Source: an uncultured Eubacteriales bacterium
GTDB taxonomy: Bacteria; Acidobacteriota; Aminicenantia; Aminicenantales; UBA8522
Direction of reading: 5' to 3'
DNA length: 64,000 bases
Assembly: GCA_964558915.1 (NCBI GenBank)
Contig: CAZLFV010000002.1
Location: 20,501 to 84,500 of the forward strand
This document shows, in pieces, positions 55,586 through 64,000 of the stretch; within the stretch, counting starts at the first letter, position 1; the number at the start of each line of letters is the position of its first letter. Below the pieces are notes generated by a model. That model ran no database searches and had not been told where the DNA came from. It saw only the letters and a program-made list of their open reading frames with translations. The position numbers and the translations under genes are program-made.

Positions 55586-55591
55586 ATATAA
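55586..55591 (+). promoter_or_regulatory. -10 box (TATAAT) of the SRP RNA promoter
   Basis: Perfect TATAAT 5-7 nt upstream of the predicted 5' end of the RNA. The -35 box (TTATTT at 55563-55568) is weak. Confidence 0.5.
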
Positions 55592-55595
55592 TACG

Positions 55596-55870
<275 letters not shown>

Positions 55871-55926
55871 TTTTTTTTCGCCCACCGGGCCCGCCGAAAT
55901 GGCCCGGGCTTGTATGAATTCCCACC

Positions 55927-56880
55927 TCACGGACAGCTCTTTTTCCCAGCCGACCGCTTGCCCTCCAGGCTGAGTTGCTCAAGGAGGGACTCGACCTGTT
56001 TTTTCTCGTTCTCCCTCAGGGGCAGAAGAGGCGGGCGAGTGGGTCCACCATAGTACCCCAATAGGTCAAGGGTATATTTAATCGCCGGGATTCCCATAGT
56101 CTGAGTAAGGATTTTATTAAGAGGGGCGAGGTCGAGCTGCAATTTCTTTGCCTCCTCTATGCGTCCGGCGCGAAATAGCGAGTAAAGCCTGACATAAAGC
56201 CTGGGAACAACGGCAGCCGCGGCCAGAATGCCGCCGCTTGCGCCCAGCGCAAGTCCCGGCCAAATGAGGCTCCCCGCTCCCAGAAGAAAGGCAAACCCTT
56301 GTCTCGCTCGCGAAAGCGTCTCGACGAGGTTGGTTAGATTGCCCGAGCTGTCTTTGATGCCCGCGATGTTGGGATGAAGCGAGAGCCCGACCACAAGAGA
56401 AGGAGAAAAGGAAATCCCCGTATTCTGGGGGATATTGTAGAGGAGAATGGGCAGCCTGGACCTTTCGGCGATACGCAGGAAATGATTCCTGAGAGCATCC
56501 TCGTTCATTCTGGATTTGTAATAGGAAGGAGGCTTGATCAGGGCGACATCTGCGCCCAATTCGGCGACTCGGTTGGTGAACTCGACGGTCAGGGCCGTCG
56601 ACTCTCGCGCCGTGCCGACAATTATCTTTTTCCCAGTTGCCGCTGACGCCCTGGCTGCTGCCACAAGCTCCTCTGATTCTTTGTCACTGAGAAAAACGGC
56701 TTCCCCGGTGGAACCGAGAACAACGTATCCGGAAAGGCCGGTTTGGTTATACCTCTTGATATTTTCCCGGAGTTTTTCGCAAGAGACATTCTCTCTGACG
56801 AAGGGAGTGGTTAGAGCGGCAAAAATGCCGCCGAAGCTATCTCCGCCCTTGATCTGTGGTTTTTTGATTTCATTTCTCAA
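55927..56880 (-). CDS. DapA-family (4-hydroxy-tetrahydrodipicolinate synthase / N-acetylneuraminate lyase family) aldolase
   Basis: GIFAALTTPF, GYVVLGSTGE, YNIP, and IAGIKDSSG containing the Schiff-base Lys. Confidence 0.8.
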   Translation of the reverse strand: MRNEIKKPQIKGGDSFGGIFAALTTPFVRENVSCEKLRENIKRYNQTGLSGYVVLGSTGEAVFLSDKESEELVAAARASAATGKKIIVGTARESTALTVEFTNRVAELGADVALIKPPSYYKSRMNEDALRNHFLRIAERSRLPILLYNIPQNTGISFSPSLVVGLSLHPNIAGIKDSSGNLTNLVETLSRARQGFAFLLGAGSLIWPGLALGASGGILAAAAVVPRLYVRLYSLFRAGRIEEAKKLQLDLAPLNKILTQTMGIPAIKYTLDLLGYYGGPTRPPLLPLRENEKKQVESLLEQLSLEGKRSAGKKSCP

Positions 56881-57235
56881 TTTTTCTCAGCTCCTTTTCG
56901 CTCAGGCCGAAGTAATGCCCGACTTCATGCAGCAGGACTTCCTTGACCTTTTCTTTGACTTCTTCGTCCGTGACGCAGATGTTTTCTATTGGTTTCTGGT
57001 AGAGAACGATCACATCGGGCGGGGCATTGCCGTAAAAAGGCCCTCTATGCTTGAACGGAATGCCGTGATAGAGCCCTAAAAGTGTAGCCTGGGAAGGAGT
57101 CCTCGTCCGGAAGCGTGCCTCCTCTGTGGGATAGTCTTCAACAATTATAGCGACGTTTTGAAGATACTTTTTAAATGTTTTGGGAAGGTCCGCGAGTGCC
57201 TTTTCCACAAGTTTCTCGAATTTCTCTCTCTCCAT
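56870..57235 (-). CDS. Small zincin-like metallopeptidase family protein
   Basis: HEVGHYFGL motif near the C-terminus of a 121-aa protein. Confidence 0.7.
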   Translation of the reverse strand: MEREKFEKLVEKALADLPKTFKKYLQNVAIIVEDYPTEEARFRTRTPSQATLLGLYHGIPFKHRGPFYGNAPPDVIVLYQKPIENICVTDEEVKEKVKEVLLHEVGHYFGLSEKELRKIEK

Positions 57236-57261
57236 TGCGTTCCGCAGCCAGACTCACCTGC

Positions 57262-57795
57262 TTATTTCTCGATTCCCAGCCTCGCCCTCACGCCTTTGGA
57301 ATAATAGTGTTTTTTCTCTTTCATCTCGGTGACTAAATCCGCCGCTTTTATAATCGAGGGAGGCGCATACCGGCCGGTCAGGACGACCTCCACGTCTTCG
57401 GGCCTTTGGGCCAGAAAATCATGGATTTCTTTCTCGGTGAGGAGTCGGAAATGGAGAGCGACATTGACCTCGTCCAGGACGATAATCCTGTATTTCCGGG
57501 ATCGCATCGCTAGAAGGCACTTCCGGAGCCCCTTTTTGGCCCTGTCGATGTCCTCATCTTCGGGGTTGTCCGTCACGTGGATAAACCCCTTCCGGCCGAA
57601 TTGCTCGATCTTGATGAGGGGGGCCAGCTTGACGACCGATGTGAGTTCACCGTAATTTTGTCCTTTGAGGAATTGTCCGATATAAACTTTCCAGCCGTAT
57701 CCCGCGGCCCGGAGCGCCAGCCCGAGAGCGGCAGTGGTTTTTCCTTTTCCACAGCCCGTATAAACCTGAACATAACCCTTAAATTTTTCCGCCAT
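57262..57795 (-). CDS. cobO: Cob(I)yrinic acid a,c-diamide adenosyltransferase
   Basis: GYVQVYTGCGKGKTTAALGLALRA P-loop, VLDE, LVTEMKEKKHYY. Confidence 0.85.
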   Translation of the reverse strand: MAEKFKGYVQVYTGCGKGKTTAALGLALRAAGYGWKVYIGQFLKGQNYGELTSVVKLAPLIKIEQFGRKGFIHVTDNPEDEDIDRAKKGLRKCLLAMRSRKYRIIVLDEVNVALHFRLLTEKEIHDFLAQRPEDVEVVLTGRYAPPSIIKAADLVTEMKEKKHYYSKGVRARLGIEK

Positions 57796-57889
57796 GACGT
57801 TCCTATTTTATCGCACCTTGTCATCCAGTCAACATATTATTGAGGGATGAGTTTGACTGTCCCCCATCCTCTCCTTATAATCATACTCA

Positions 57890-58723
57890 ATGAAAATTAG
57901 CGCGCTGGACGAGATTATAGAGGCGGCCCTTAAGGAGGATATGCCGGAAGGGGACATAACGTCTGAAAGCGTCATCCTGGCTGATTCGGTTTCCGAGGCG
58001 GTCTTTGTGGCGAAAGAAGCCGGGGTTTTGGCTGGGATAGATGTCGCCGCACGGGTTTTCGAAAAGCTCGACCCTAAAACGGAGTTTGTAAGGTTTTTTG
58101 GAGACGGCCAGGTTTTCAAGCCTGGGGACATTCTGGCCGGTGTCAAAGGGAATTCTATTTCACTTTTAAAGGGCGAGCGCACCGCCCTCAATTTCCTCCA
58201 GCGGATGTCCGGCATCGCGACCAAGACCAGGCGCTTTGTCCAGGCCGTCAGCGGCACAGGAACCAGGATTCTGGACACCCGGAAAACGACCCCAACCCTT
58301 CGCTTCCTCGAGAAATATGCCGTTAAGATGGGCGGAGGCAAGAACCATCGCTCCAGCCTCTCCGACATGGTCCTCCTTAAGGACAATCATCTCAGGCTTG
58401 TGGGAAGCATCACCAAAGCTGTGAAAATGGCCCGGGCGACAATCAATCCAGGGACGAAGATCGAAGTTGAAGTCACGAATTTCGGCCAGGCCAAGGAAGC
58501 TGTCAAAGCAGGCGCCTCGATGATCATGCTTGATAACATGTCCCTCAAACAAATAAGGCAGGTTCTCGCCTGGGTGGAGGGAAGGGTTCCCGTGGAAGTT
58601 TCCGGAAAAGTGACCCTAGGCCGGGCCCGCCGGATTGCCTCTCTTGGTGTCGATTTTATTTCCGTGGGAAGTCTGACCCACTCATTCACATCTGTGGATA
58701 TCAGCCTGGAGTTCAAGGAATGA
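57890..58723 (+). CDS. nadC: Nicotinate-nucleotide pyrophosphorylase (quinolinate phosphoribosyltransferase)
   Basis: GERTALNFLQRMSGIAT, ILDTRKTTP, LLKDNH, MLDN. Confidence 0.9.
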   Translation: MKISALDEIIEAALKEDMPEGDITSESVILADSVSEAVFVAKEAGVLAGIDVAARVFEKLDPKTEFVRFFGDGQVFKPGDILAGVKGNSISLLKGERTALNFLQRMSGIATKTRRFVQAVSGTGTRILDTRKTTPTLRFLEKYAVKMGGGKNHRSSLSDMVLLKDNHLRLVGSITKAVKMARATINPGTKIEVEVTNFGQAKEAVKAGASMIMLDNMSLKQIRQVLAWVEGRVPVEVSGKVTLGRARRIASLGVDFISVGSLTHSFTSVDISLEFKE

Positions 58724-60303
58724 AAACCATGGCCGAAGAAAAAATATTCCGCTCGGATATTCTGGTCATCGGCTCTGGCATTGCCGGAGCCAGCGCCGCT
58801 CTTGAAGCCGCTGAGCGCGGCTTCCGGGTGAACATCATCACCCAGTCCTCGACACCGGAGGAATCAAATACGTACTATGCTCAGGGCGGAATCGTCTCGC
58901 TGGGCCTGGACGACCGGCCCGAAATCCTGAAAGAGGACATCATTAAAACGGGGGACGGGATCAATAACCCCGAATCCGTAGAGGTGTTAGCCAGGCAGGG
59001 CAGGGAGATGGTAGAAAGCATCCTCATCGGAGAGCTTCAGATTCCGTTCGAAAAAAGCAGCCCGGACGCTTTAGACTATGCCCAGGAGGGCGGCCATTCA
59101 AGGAGGCGCATCCTCCACGTCAAAGACACGACGGGGAGGACCATAGAGGAAAAATTCATCGAGGCGCTCCGGAAATACACCAACGTGACTCTCTATGCTG
59201 GCCACACCGCCGTGGATTTGCTGACCGTCCCTCATCACTCTAAAAATCTCATGGCCTACTATCGCGAACCCCAATGCATTGGGGCCTATGTCCTTGATAA
59301 AAAAACGAATCTGGTTAAAACCTTTTTTGCCCCGTATACAATTTTGGCGACGGGAGGCTGCGGGGCCGTCTTCCTTTATACGTCTAACCCGGCCGAGGCA
59401 ATCGGGGCGGGCTACGCCATGGCCCACAGGTCGGGCGCCCGGATCGTCAATATGGAGTACATCCAGTTCCACCCGACCGCCCTTTTTCACCGGGATGCCG
59501 GTAGTTTCCTGATTTCCGAGACAGTGCGTGGCGAGGGGGCACGCCTGAAGACCAAAGAAGGCCGGACTTTCATGGAGAACTACAGCGAAAAGAAAGACCT
59601 GGCCCCGCGCGACGAAGTGACTCGGGCGATCTATGAGGAGATGACTAACAGCAATTCGAGCTATGTCCTTCTCGACCTGGCGTCCTACGCCAAGTTCGAT
59701 ATTAAGAAAAGATTCCCAAACATCTACCGGACCTGCCTGAAATACGATATTGATATTACCAAAGAGCCCATTCCTGTTGTGCCCGCAGCCCATTATTGTT
59801 GCGGCGGAGTGCTCGTCGACACGTGGGGAAAGAGCTCGCTCCGGGGCCTTTATGCGGTCGGAGAAGTTTCCTGCACGGGCGTCCATGGAGCCAATCGCTT
59901 GGCTTCAACATCCCTTCTTGAGGGGCTGGTATGGGGGACGCGAGCGGCCCAGGACATCGCCGACCATTTCGACCCGACGCCTCCTTACAAGCCTTCGGAA
60001 ATCCATCCCTGGTACTATCCTGAAAAAGAAGAGGCAATCGACCCGGCCCTGGTCAACCAGGATTGGCTTTCAATCAAGTCGACGATGTGGAACTATGCTG
60101 GAATCATCCGCACAAGGAAAAGGCTGGAACGGGCCAAGGCCGACCTGGAATATCTTCATCACCGGATTGAAAAGTTCTACAGAGAAGCAAAAATGGACCC
60201 GACGGTGGTGGGCCTGAAGCATGGCATCCAGGTGGCTTTGATGATCACCCATGCTGCCCTGGCCAACCCCGTCAGCAAAGGCGCTCATTACCGGAAGGAT
60301 TAA
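58720..60303 (+). CDS. nadB: L-aspartate oxidase
   Basis: VIGSGIAGASAALEAAE FAD motif, YAQGGI, HPTAL, GEVSCTGVHGANRLASTSLLEGLV. Confidence 0.9.
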   Translation: MKTMAEEKIFRSDILVIGSGIAGASAALEAAERGFRVNIITQSSTPEESNTYYAQGGIVSLGLDDRPEILKEDIIKTGDGINNPESVEVLARQGREMVESILIGELQIPFEKSSPDALDYAQEGGHSRRRILHVKDTTGRTIEEKFIEALRKYTNVTLYAGHTAVDLLTVPHHSKNLMAYYREPQCIGAYVLDKKTNLVKTFFAPYTILATGGCGAVFLYTSNPAEAIGAGYAMAHRSGARIVNMEYIQFHPTALFHRDAGSFLISETVRGEGARLKTKEGRTFMENYSEKKDLAPRDEVTRAIYEEMTNSNSSYVLLDLASYAKFDIKKRFPNIYRTCLKYDIDITKEPIPVVPAAHYCCGGVLVDTWGKSSLRGLYAVGEVSCTGVHGANRLASTSLLEGLVWGTRAAQDIADHFDPTPPYKPSEIHPWYYPEKEEAIDPALVNQDWLSIKSTMWNYAGIIRTRKRLERAKADLEYLHHRIEKFYREAKMDPTVVGLKHGIQVALMITHAALANPVSKGAHYRKD

Positions 60304-60334
60304 AAAAAAGGCCGCCCTCGGGGGCGGCCCTTTT
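60303..60334. terminator. Bidirectional Rho-independent terminator between convergent nadB and the multicopper oxidase gene
   Basis: A8, then GGCCGCCC, a short loop, GGGCGGCC, then TTTT. The GC stem is flanked by an A-run and a T-run. Confidence 0.8.
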
Positions 60335-60351
60335 GGTTTGGAAGCTTAGCC

Positions 60352-62604
60352 TTAATAATCAGTTCCTTGGAAGTAAGACCGAATTGCTCCTGATCTTGGC
60401 CAGACAACCAGCGGCCTCATCATCTCGTTGTCTTCATGATCGATGATGTGGCAATGCCAGACGTACGCGAATGACGGGAGCCCGCCGACAAGGCCGCCGC
60501 TTGGGTCGAACGGGAAATAAAGATCTGGCGCGTTAACGGGTTTATGGTTCGGCGCGTAGCGCACGACAATCCGAGTCACTTGGCCGGGCAGAGCCTGGAT
60601 TGTATCCTTCCAGCCGGCTTCGTTCGCCAGCGGAGGAGTCGCACCGTCCTTCAGGTAGAGTGATACGCCCGGATTGCCGCCCACTGCGCCATCGGCGTTT
60701 ACAGTATTGTAGTTGAGCGGAGGACCGTAGCCGGGCATGTAAACGCCGGCCGGATAAGCTACGCCAGTCATCGGGTCCATGCCTCCTCCCGTGAATGCCA
60801 ACGAGTAGGCTGCCGTGTATTTCTTGACATCGAACTTCTGACGGTTCAGGATCTGGAACTGGGTGAGGTGAGTGTGGATCGGGTGGGCATCAGCAGTCAG
60901 GTTGATGATTTCCCAAACTTCGGTCGCACCCTCTGCAGGAAGTTCGGAATAATAAGCCGTCTCTCCACCGATGGTGATTCCAGTGAAATCCGCGCGGGTT
61001 TCGTCCATTGGCCCTTTGCCGGACCACTTGGTGTTATTGACCAGGATTTCCATGGGGCCTCCCGGATAGGCGACGCCTCCCCAATTGGACGGCATCCCCA
61101 TGACCTCGTTGAGCGTTAACTGGCGGGTCTTGGCAACCGTTACGTTCGCGGCTAAAGTGCCTGTGGCCGGGTTGACGAGCCGGACGAGGGCCGGACCTTG
61201 CCCAGCGCCACCGCGCAGCGTCGCTCCGGCCGCCGCCGGATTGAAAGTCATGTCGGCAGCGGTCAAAGGAACAACCCGGAACTGGATGATGCGGCCAGTT
61301 GTGCTGCCTTGCACCGCAGCGCCCCCAGGATAGGGCGTTTTGGCTGTATTCCGCAGCAAGAGCCTAGTTCCGGACGGAAGGCCGGCGAAGTCGATAATGA
61401 CATCAGCGCGTTCTCCGGGCATTAGGACGAGCTTGCCCCCGAGGTTCGGGTCGACTTTAACGGGGTTGTCAAGATAGCCGCCGTCGGTGCCGATTTGCCA
61501 GAGAGACGGGCCATTCAATCCGGTCGTCTGGTTGTCCAAGAACATTTCATAGGTCCGGGCATTTGAGCCGTTCAGGAAGAGGAAGCGGTAGCGCTTCGGC
61601 TCGACGTTGAAGAACGGCCAGACCTTGCCGTTGACAGCAATTGTATCGCCGACAAACTCCGGCACCCAGTAGGGATGTTCAGGATTGGGGATGAACGGGA
61701 CTCCGGCCGGGAAATAGAGCTGGCCGTTGGTGTCGAACATGCGGTCCTGGATGATCAACGGGACAATCCCGGGCAGGTTGGCCGGGTCATTCACGGGATC
61801 GGTAATCAGATAACCGCCCGCGATTCCAGCGTAGACGTTGAGCCGCGTGGCGCCCAGTGTGTGGTCATGGAACCAAATTGGCGCCGCTTCCTGGCTGTTG
61901 GGATAGCGGTAGATGATGTAGTTTTTGAGCGCGATGCCATCTTTGGAGTAATAGCCGGGCCCAATTTTACTCCCGTCGCTCAAAAACCAGGAATCAGGGC
62001 CGCCGTCAATTTGAGGGGGAACTTCGCCGCCATGAAGGTGGATAGCAGCAGGGATGGAGCCGTTGTATTGACCATTCCAGGGAGGTCCGGGTGGCCCCAT
62101 GGCCATCGGCGGCATGCCAAATCCATCTGGATCAGCCCAATGGAGAGTCAGGTCCGTGGAGTTTTTGTAAGCCAGGACATTGGTCGTCGCTGCGCTTCCC
62201 AAATCATTATAGCAAGTGATCTGGGTGGGGACATTGCGCTGGGAGATGATGATTGGTCCTAAATATGTGTTTTGAGTGCCCACGGGAGCAGAGGCGCCGA
62301 CGACATAGCCCCAGGTCCATGTTCCCGTGTATGTTCCGGCCGCAGGCACAAATCCCGTCGGCAGAACGTTCGCTTTGAACTCGCGCATGCGGATCTCGAG
62401 AGAGTTACCTTGAGTGTAGGTATTCCAGATAAACGGGATCGGCAGGGGGTCGACGAACTGTGGCAGGGTTTTGGGGTTGAGGGGAGTCTGGGCCTGGGCC
62501 CACACGAAGCTATTCCCGAAGGTTCCCAGGCCGAATATAGAGGCCAAGAAGAACCAGCCGAAGAGAACCGTTAAAGCCTTGGATCTCTTTGAATCATTCC
62601 TCAT
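60352..62604 (-). CDS. Secreted multicopper oxidase (CotA/bilirubin-oxidase-like, enlarged)
   Basis: All four copper motifs are present: IHLHGGE, WFHDHT, HPIHTHL, HCHIIDHEDNEMM. N-terminal FVDPLPIP. Start set at MRNDSKR (62604), 7 nt after AGGAGG. Signal peptide. Confidence 0.85.
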   Translation of the reverse strand: MRNDSKRSKALTVLFGWFFLASIFGLGTFGNSFVWAQAQTPLNPKTLPQFVDPLPIPFIWNTYTQGNSLEIRMREFKANVLPTGFVPAAGTYTGTWTWGYVVGASAPVGTQNTYLGPIIISQRNVPTQITCYNDLGSAATTNVLAYKNSTDLTLHWADPDGFGMPPMAMGPPGPPWNGQYNGSIPAAIHLHGGEVPPQIDGGPDSWFLSDGSKIGPGYYSKDGIALKNYIIYRYPNSQEAAPIWFHDHTLGATRLNVYAGIAGGYLITDPVNDPANLPGIVPLIIQDRMFDTNGQLYFPAGVPFIPNPEHPYWVPEFVGDTIAVNGKVWPFFNVEPKRYRFLFLNGSNARTYEMFLDNQTTGLNGPSLWQIGTDGGYLDNPVKVDPNLGGKLVLMPGERADVIIDFAGLPSGTRLLLRNTAKTPYPGGAAVQGSTTGRIIQFRVVPLTAADMTFNPAAAGATLRGGAGQGPALVRLVNPATGTLAANVTVAKTRQLTLNEVMGMPSNWGGVAYPGGPMEILVNNTKWSGKGPMDETRADFTGITIGGETAYYSELPAEGATEVWEIINLTADAHPIHTHLTQFQILNRQKFDVKKYTAAYSLAFTGGGMDPMTGVAYPAGVYMPGYGPPLNYNTVNADGAVGGNPGVSLYLKDGATPPLANEAGWKDTIQALPGQVTRIVVRYAPNHKPVNAPDLYFPFDPSGGLVGGLPSFAYVWHCHIIDHEDNEMMRPLVVWPRSGAIRSYFQGTDY

Positions 62605-62805
62605 AAATATCCTCCTTTTAAGGTTATTAAATTTACTCGGGGACAAGTTCTAGAATTTTTTTCTTAGGTGCACCTCCTTTTTTTCCGCAGGATTAAGGTT
62701 CAGTTCAGGGACTGCGGGTTCGCTTCCGGAGAGCAGCGAGCCTTTCGGCGGTTCTGCTCTTCTTTTAATGCTACTATTTCTATAGAAATACCAGGAATAG
62801 GCCGC

Positions 62806-62834
62806 AGTATACACAAGCCATCATTTCTTGTCAA
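62806..62834 (-). promoter_or_regulatory. Sigma70-type promoter for the multicopper oxidase gene
   Basis: Minus strand reads TTGACA (62834-62829), a 17-nt spacer, then TATACT (62811-62806). Confidence 0.55.
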
Positions 62835-62987
62835 GAGAATTTTGCGCTAATGTTTCAAATTGTCACGATTCTCAGGTTCCAATCTCAGTCCGGACCGCTT
62901 CGGCTCGTCTTTCTACCATTTAAAGGTGGAGAAAATCGGGAAATTGTTCTATAATCACCGGATAAAAGTGATTCTGTGGAGAATGCG

Positions 62988-64000
62988 ATGGCGGAAGAAT
63001 TTGATGTGAAGAGCACGCTGAACCTCCCCCAGACCTCGTTTTCGATGAAGGCGAAGCTGGCCCAGAAGGAGCCCGAGATGCTCAAGAAATGGGATAAGAT
63101 CGGGCTTTACAAAGAAATTCTGAAAAAACGGCAGAAGGCCCCGACGTTCATTCTTCATGACGGGCCTCCCTACGCCAACGGAAGAATCCACCTGGGCACG
63201 GCACTGAACAAGATCCTGAAGGACTTTATCGTCAAGACTAAAACGATGCAGGGTTATCTTTCACCCTATCTCCCCGGCTGGGATTGTCACGGCCTCCCGA
63301 TCGAAATCAGGGTGGACCAGATCTTGGGGCCGAAAAAAAAGGAACTCTCGATCATCGAGGTCAGGGAGGAATGCCGGAAATACGCCCTCAAGTTCATCGA
63401 TATCCAGAGGGAGGAATTCGTCAGGCTAGGCGTATTCGGCGAGTGGCCCAAGCCTTATTTGACGATGGATCCTGAATACGAGGCCGATGTCCTGAAGCAC
63501 CTGGCTGCTTTTTTTGCGTCGGGGAATGTTTACAAAGGCCTGCGGCCGGTTCACTGGTGTCCGCATTGCCAGACCGCCCTGGCCGAGGCAGAAATCGAAT
63601 ACAAGGACCGTTCTTCGCCGTCGATCTATGTGAAATTCCCGCTCGGATCTGACCTGTCGGCCAAATATCCCACTCTTGCTGGCAAAAAGGTATCCGTCAT
63701 CATCTGGACGACAACACCCTGGACCCTTCCCGCGAACCTGGCCATCGCCTTCCATCCGGAGCACGAATACGTCGCCTTCGAGTCAGGGAGTGAAGTCTAT
63801 ATTGTGGCCAAGAGGCTTCTCCCCGTTGTCACGGAGGAACTCGGATTTCGGGATCACAAGGTCCTGGCCTCGTTCCTGGGGAGGGAGATGGAGGGACTCG
63901 AGGCGCGCCATCCCTGGATCAACCGCGAATCCGTGCTTGTCCTTGCCGATTACGTGACTCTGGAAGACGGGACCGGGTGCGTTCACACGGCGCCCGGCCA
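62988..64000 (+). CDS. ileS: Isoleucyl-tRNA synthetase, N-terminal ~337 aa (runs off the right edge)
   Basis: Not in the ORF track because it has no stop in the window. My translation reads MAEEFDVKSTLNLPQTSFSMKAKLAQKEPEMLKKWDKIGLY, HDGPPYANGRIHLGTALNKILKD, GWDCHGLPIE, and finally YVTLEDGTGCVHTAPG. Confidence 0.9.
   Translation, partial: MAEEFDVKSTLNLPQTSFSMKAKLAQKEPEMLKKWDKIGLYKEILKKRQKAPTFILHDGPPYANGRIHLGTALNKILKDFIVKTKTMQGYLSPYLPGWDCHGLPIEIRVDQILGPKKKELSIIEVREECRKYALKFIDIQREEFVRLGVFGEWPKPYLTMDPEYEADVLKHLAAFFASGNVYKGLRPVHWCPHCQTALAEAEIEYKDRSSPSIYVKFPLGSDLSAKYPTLAGKKVSVIIWTTTPWTLPANLAIAFHPEHEYVAFESGSEVYIVAKRLLPVVTEELGFRDHKVLASFLGREMEGLEARHPWINRESVLVLADYVTLEDGTGCVHTAPG

Noticed and set aside
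62775-62790. 16-bp perfect palindrome TATTTCTATAGAAATA considered as a definite operator feature.
   Set aside because: An 8+8 palindrome is expected roughly once by chance in 64 kb. It is kept only as a note within the multicopper oxidase finding and is not annotated as a regulatory site.

Overview
The window is gene-dense bacterial chromosome that looks moderately GC-rich by eye (not computed). It probably comes from an uncultivated diderm, because outer-membrane beta-barrels are present; I cannot assign a phylum without searches. Ordinary housekeeping genes flank the region: carAB at the left edge, ileS at the right edge, and tkt, nadBC, cobO, a dapA-family gene and a long-type SRP RNA in between.

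The outstanding feature is an island of about 18 kb, entirely on the minus strand (3847-21828). It holds 15 genes:
- eight multihaem c-type cytochromes, with 81 haem-binding motifs by my count (78 CxxCH plus one CX3CH and two CX4CH)
- a Rieske/cytochrome b quinol oxidase core
- a second FdnI/HydC-like dihaem cytochrome b
- a NapC/NirT-type membrane anchor fused to an 18-haem protein
- an HAO-family octahaem
- its own System II cytochrome c maturation genes (resB/ccsA)
- a MtrA-like decahaem, a 620-aa beta-barrel and a surface decahaem, which together look like a porin-cytochrome conduit

The island splits into three modules. Each sits behind a near-consensus sigma70-type promoter, and an Rrf2 Fe-S-type regulator lies directly upstream. 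I read it as a complete quinol-to-cell-surface extracellular electron transfer system of unusual composition.

Other notable items:
- a MITE-like structured repeat with two copies, one sitting between island modules, plus a relic
- a probable 1-nt frameshift that separates the MtrA-like cytochrome from its signal peptide
- an iorAB plus ADP-forming acyl-CoA synthetase operon
- a histidine kinase with a degenerate GGDEF tail, followed by two tandem-receiver proteins
- an oversized multicopper oxidase behind a strong promoter

No CRISPR array, tRNA, rRNA or intact transposase was seen.
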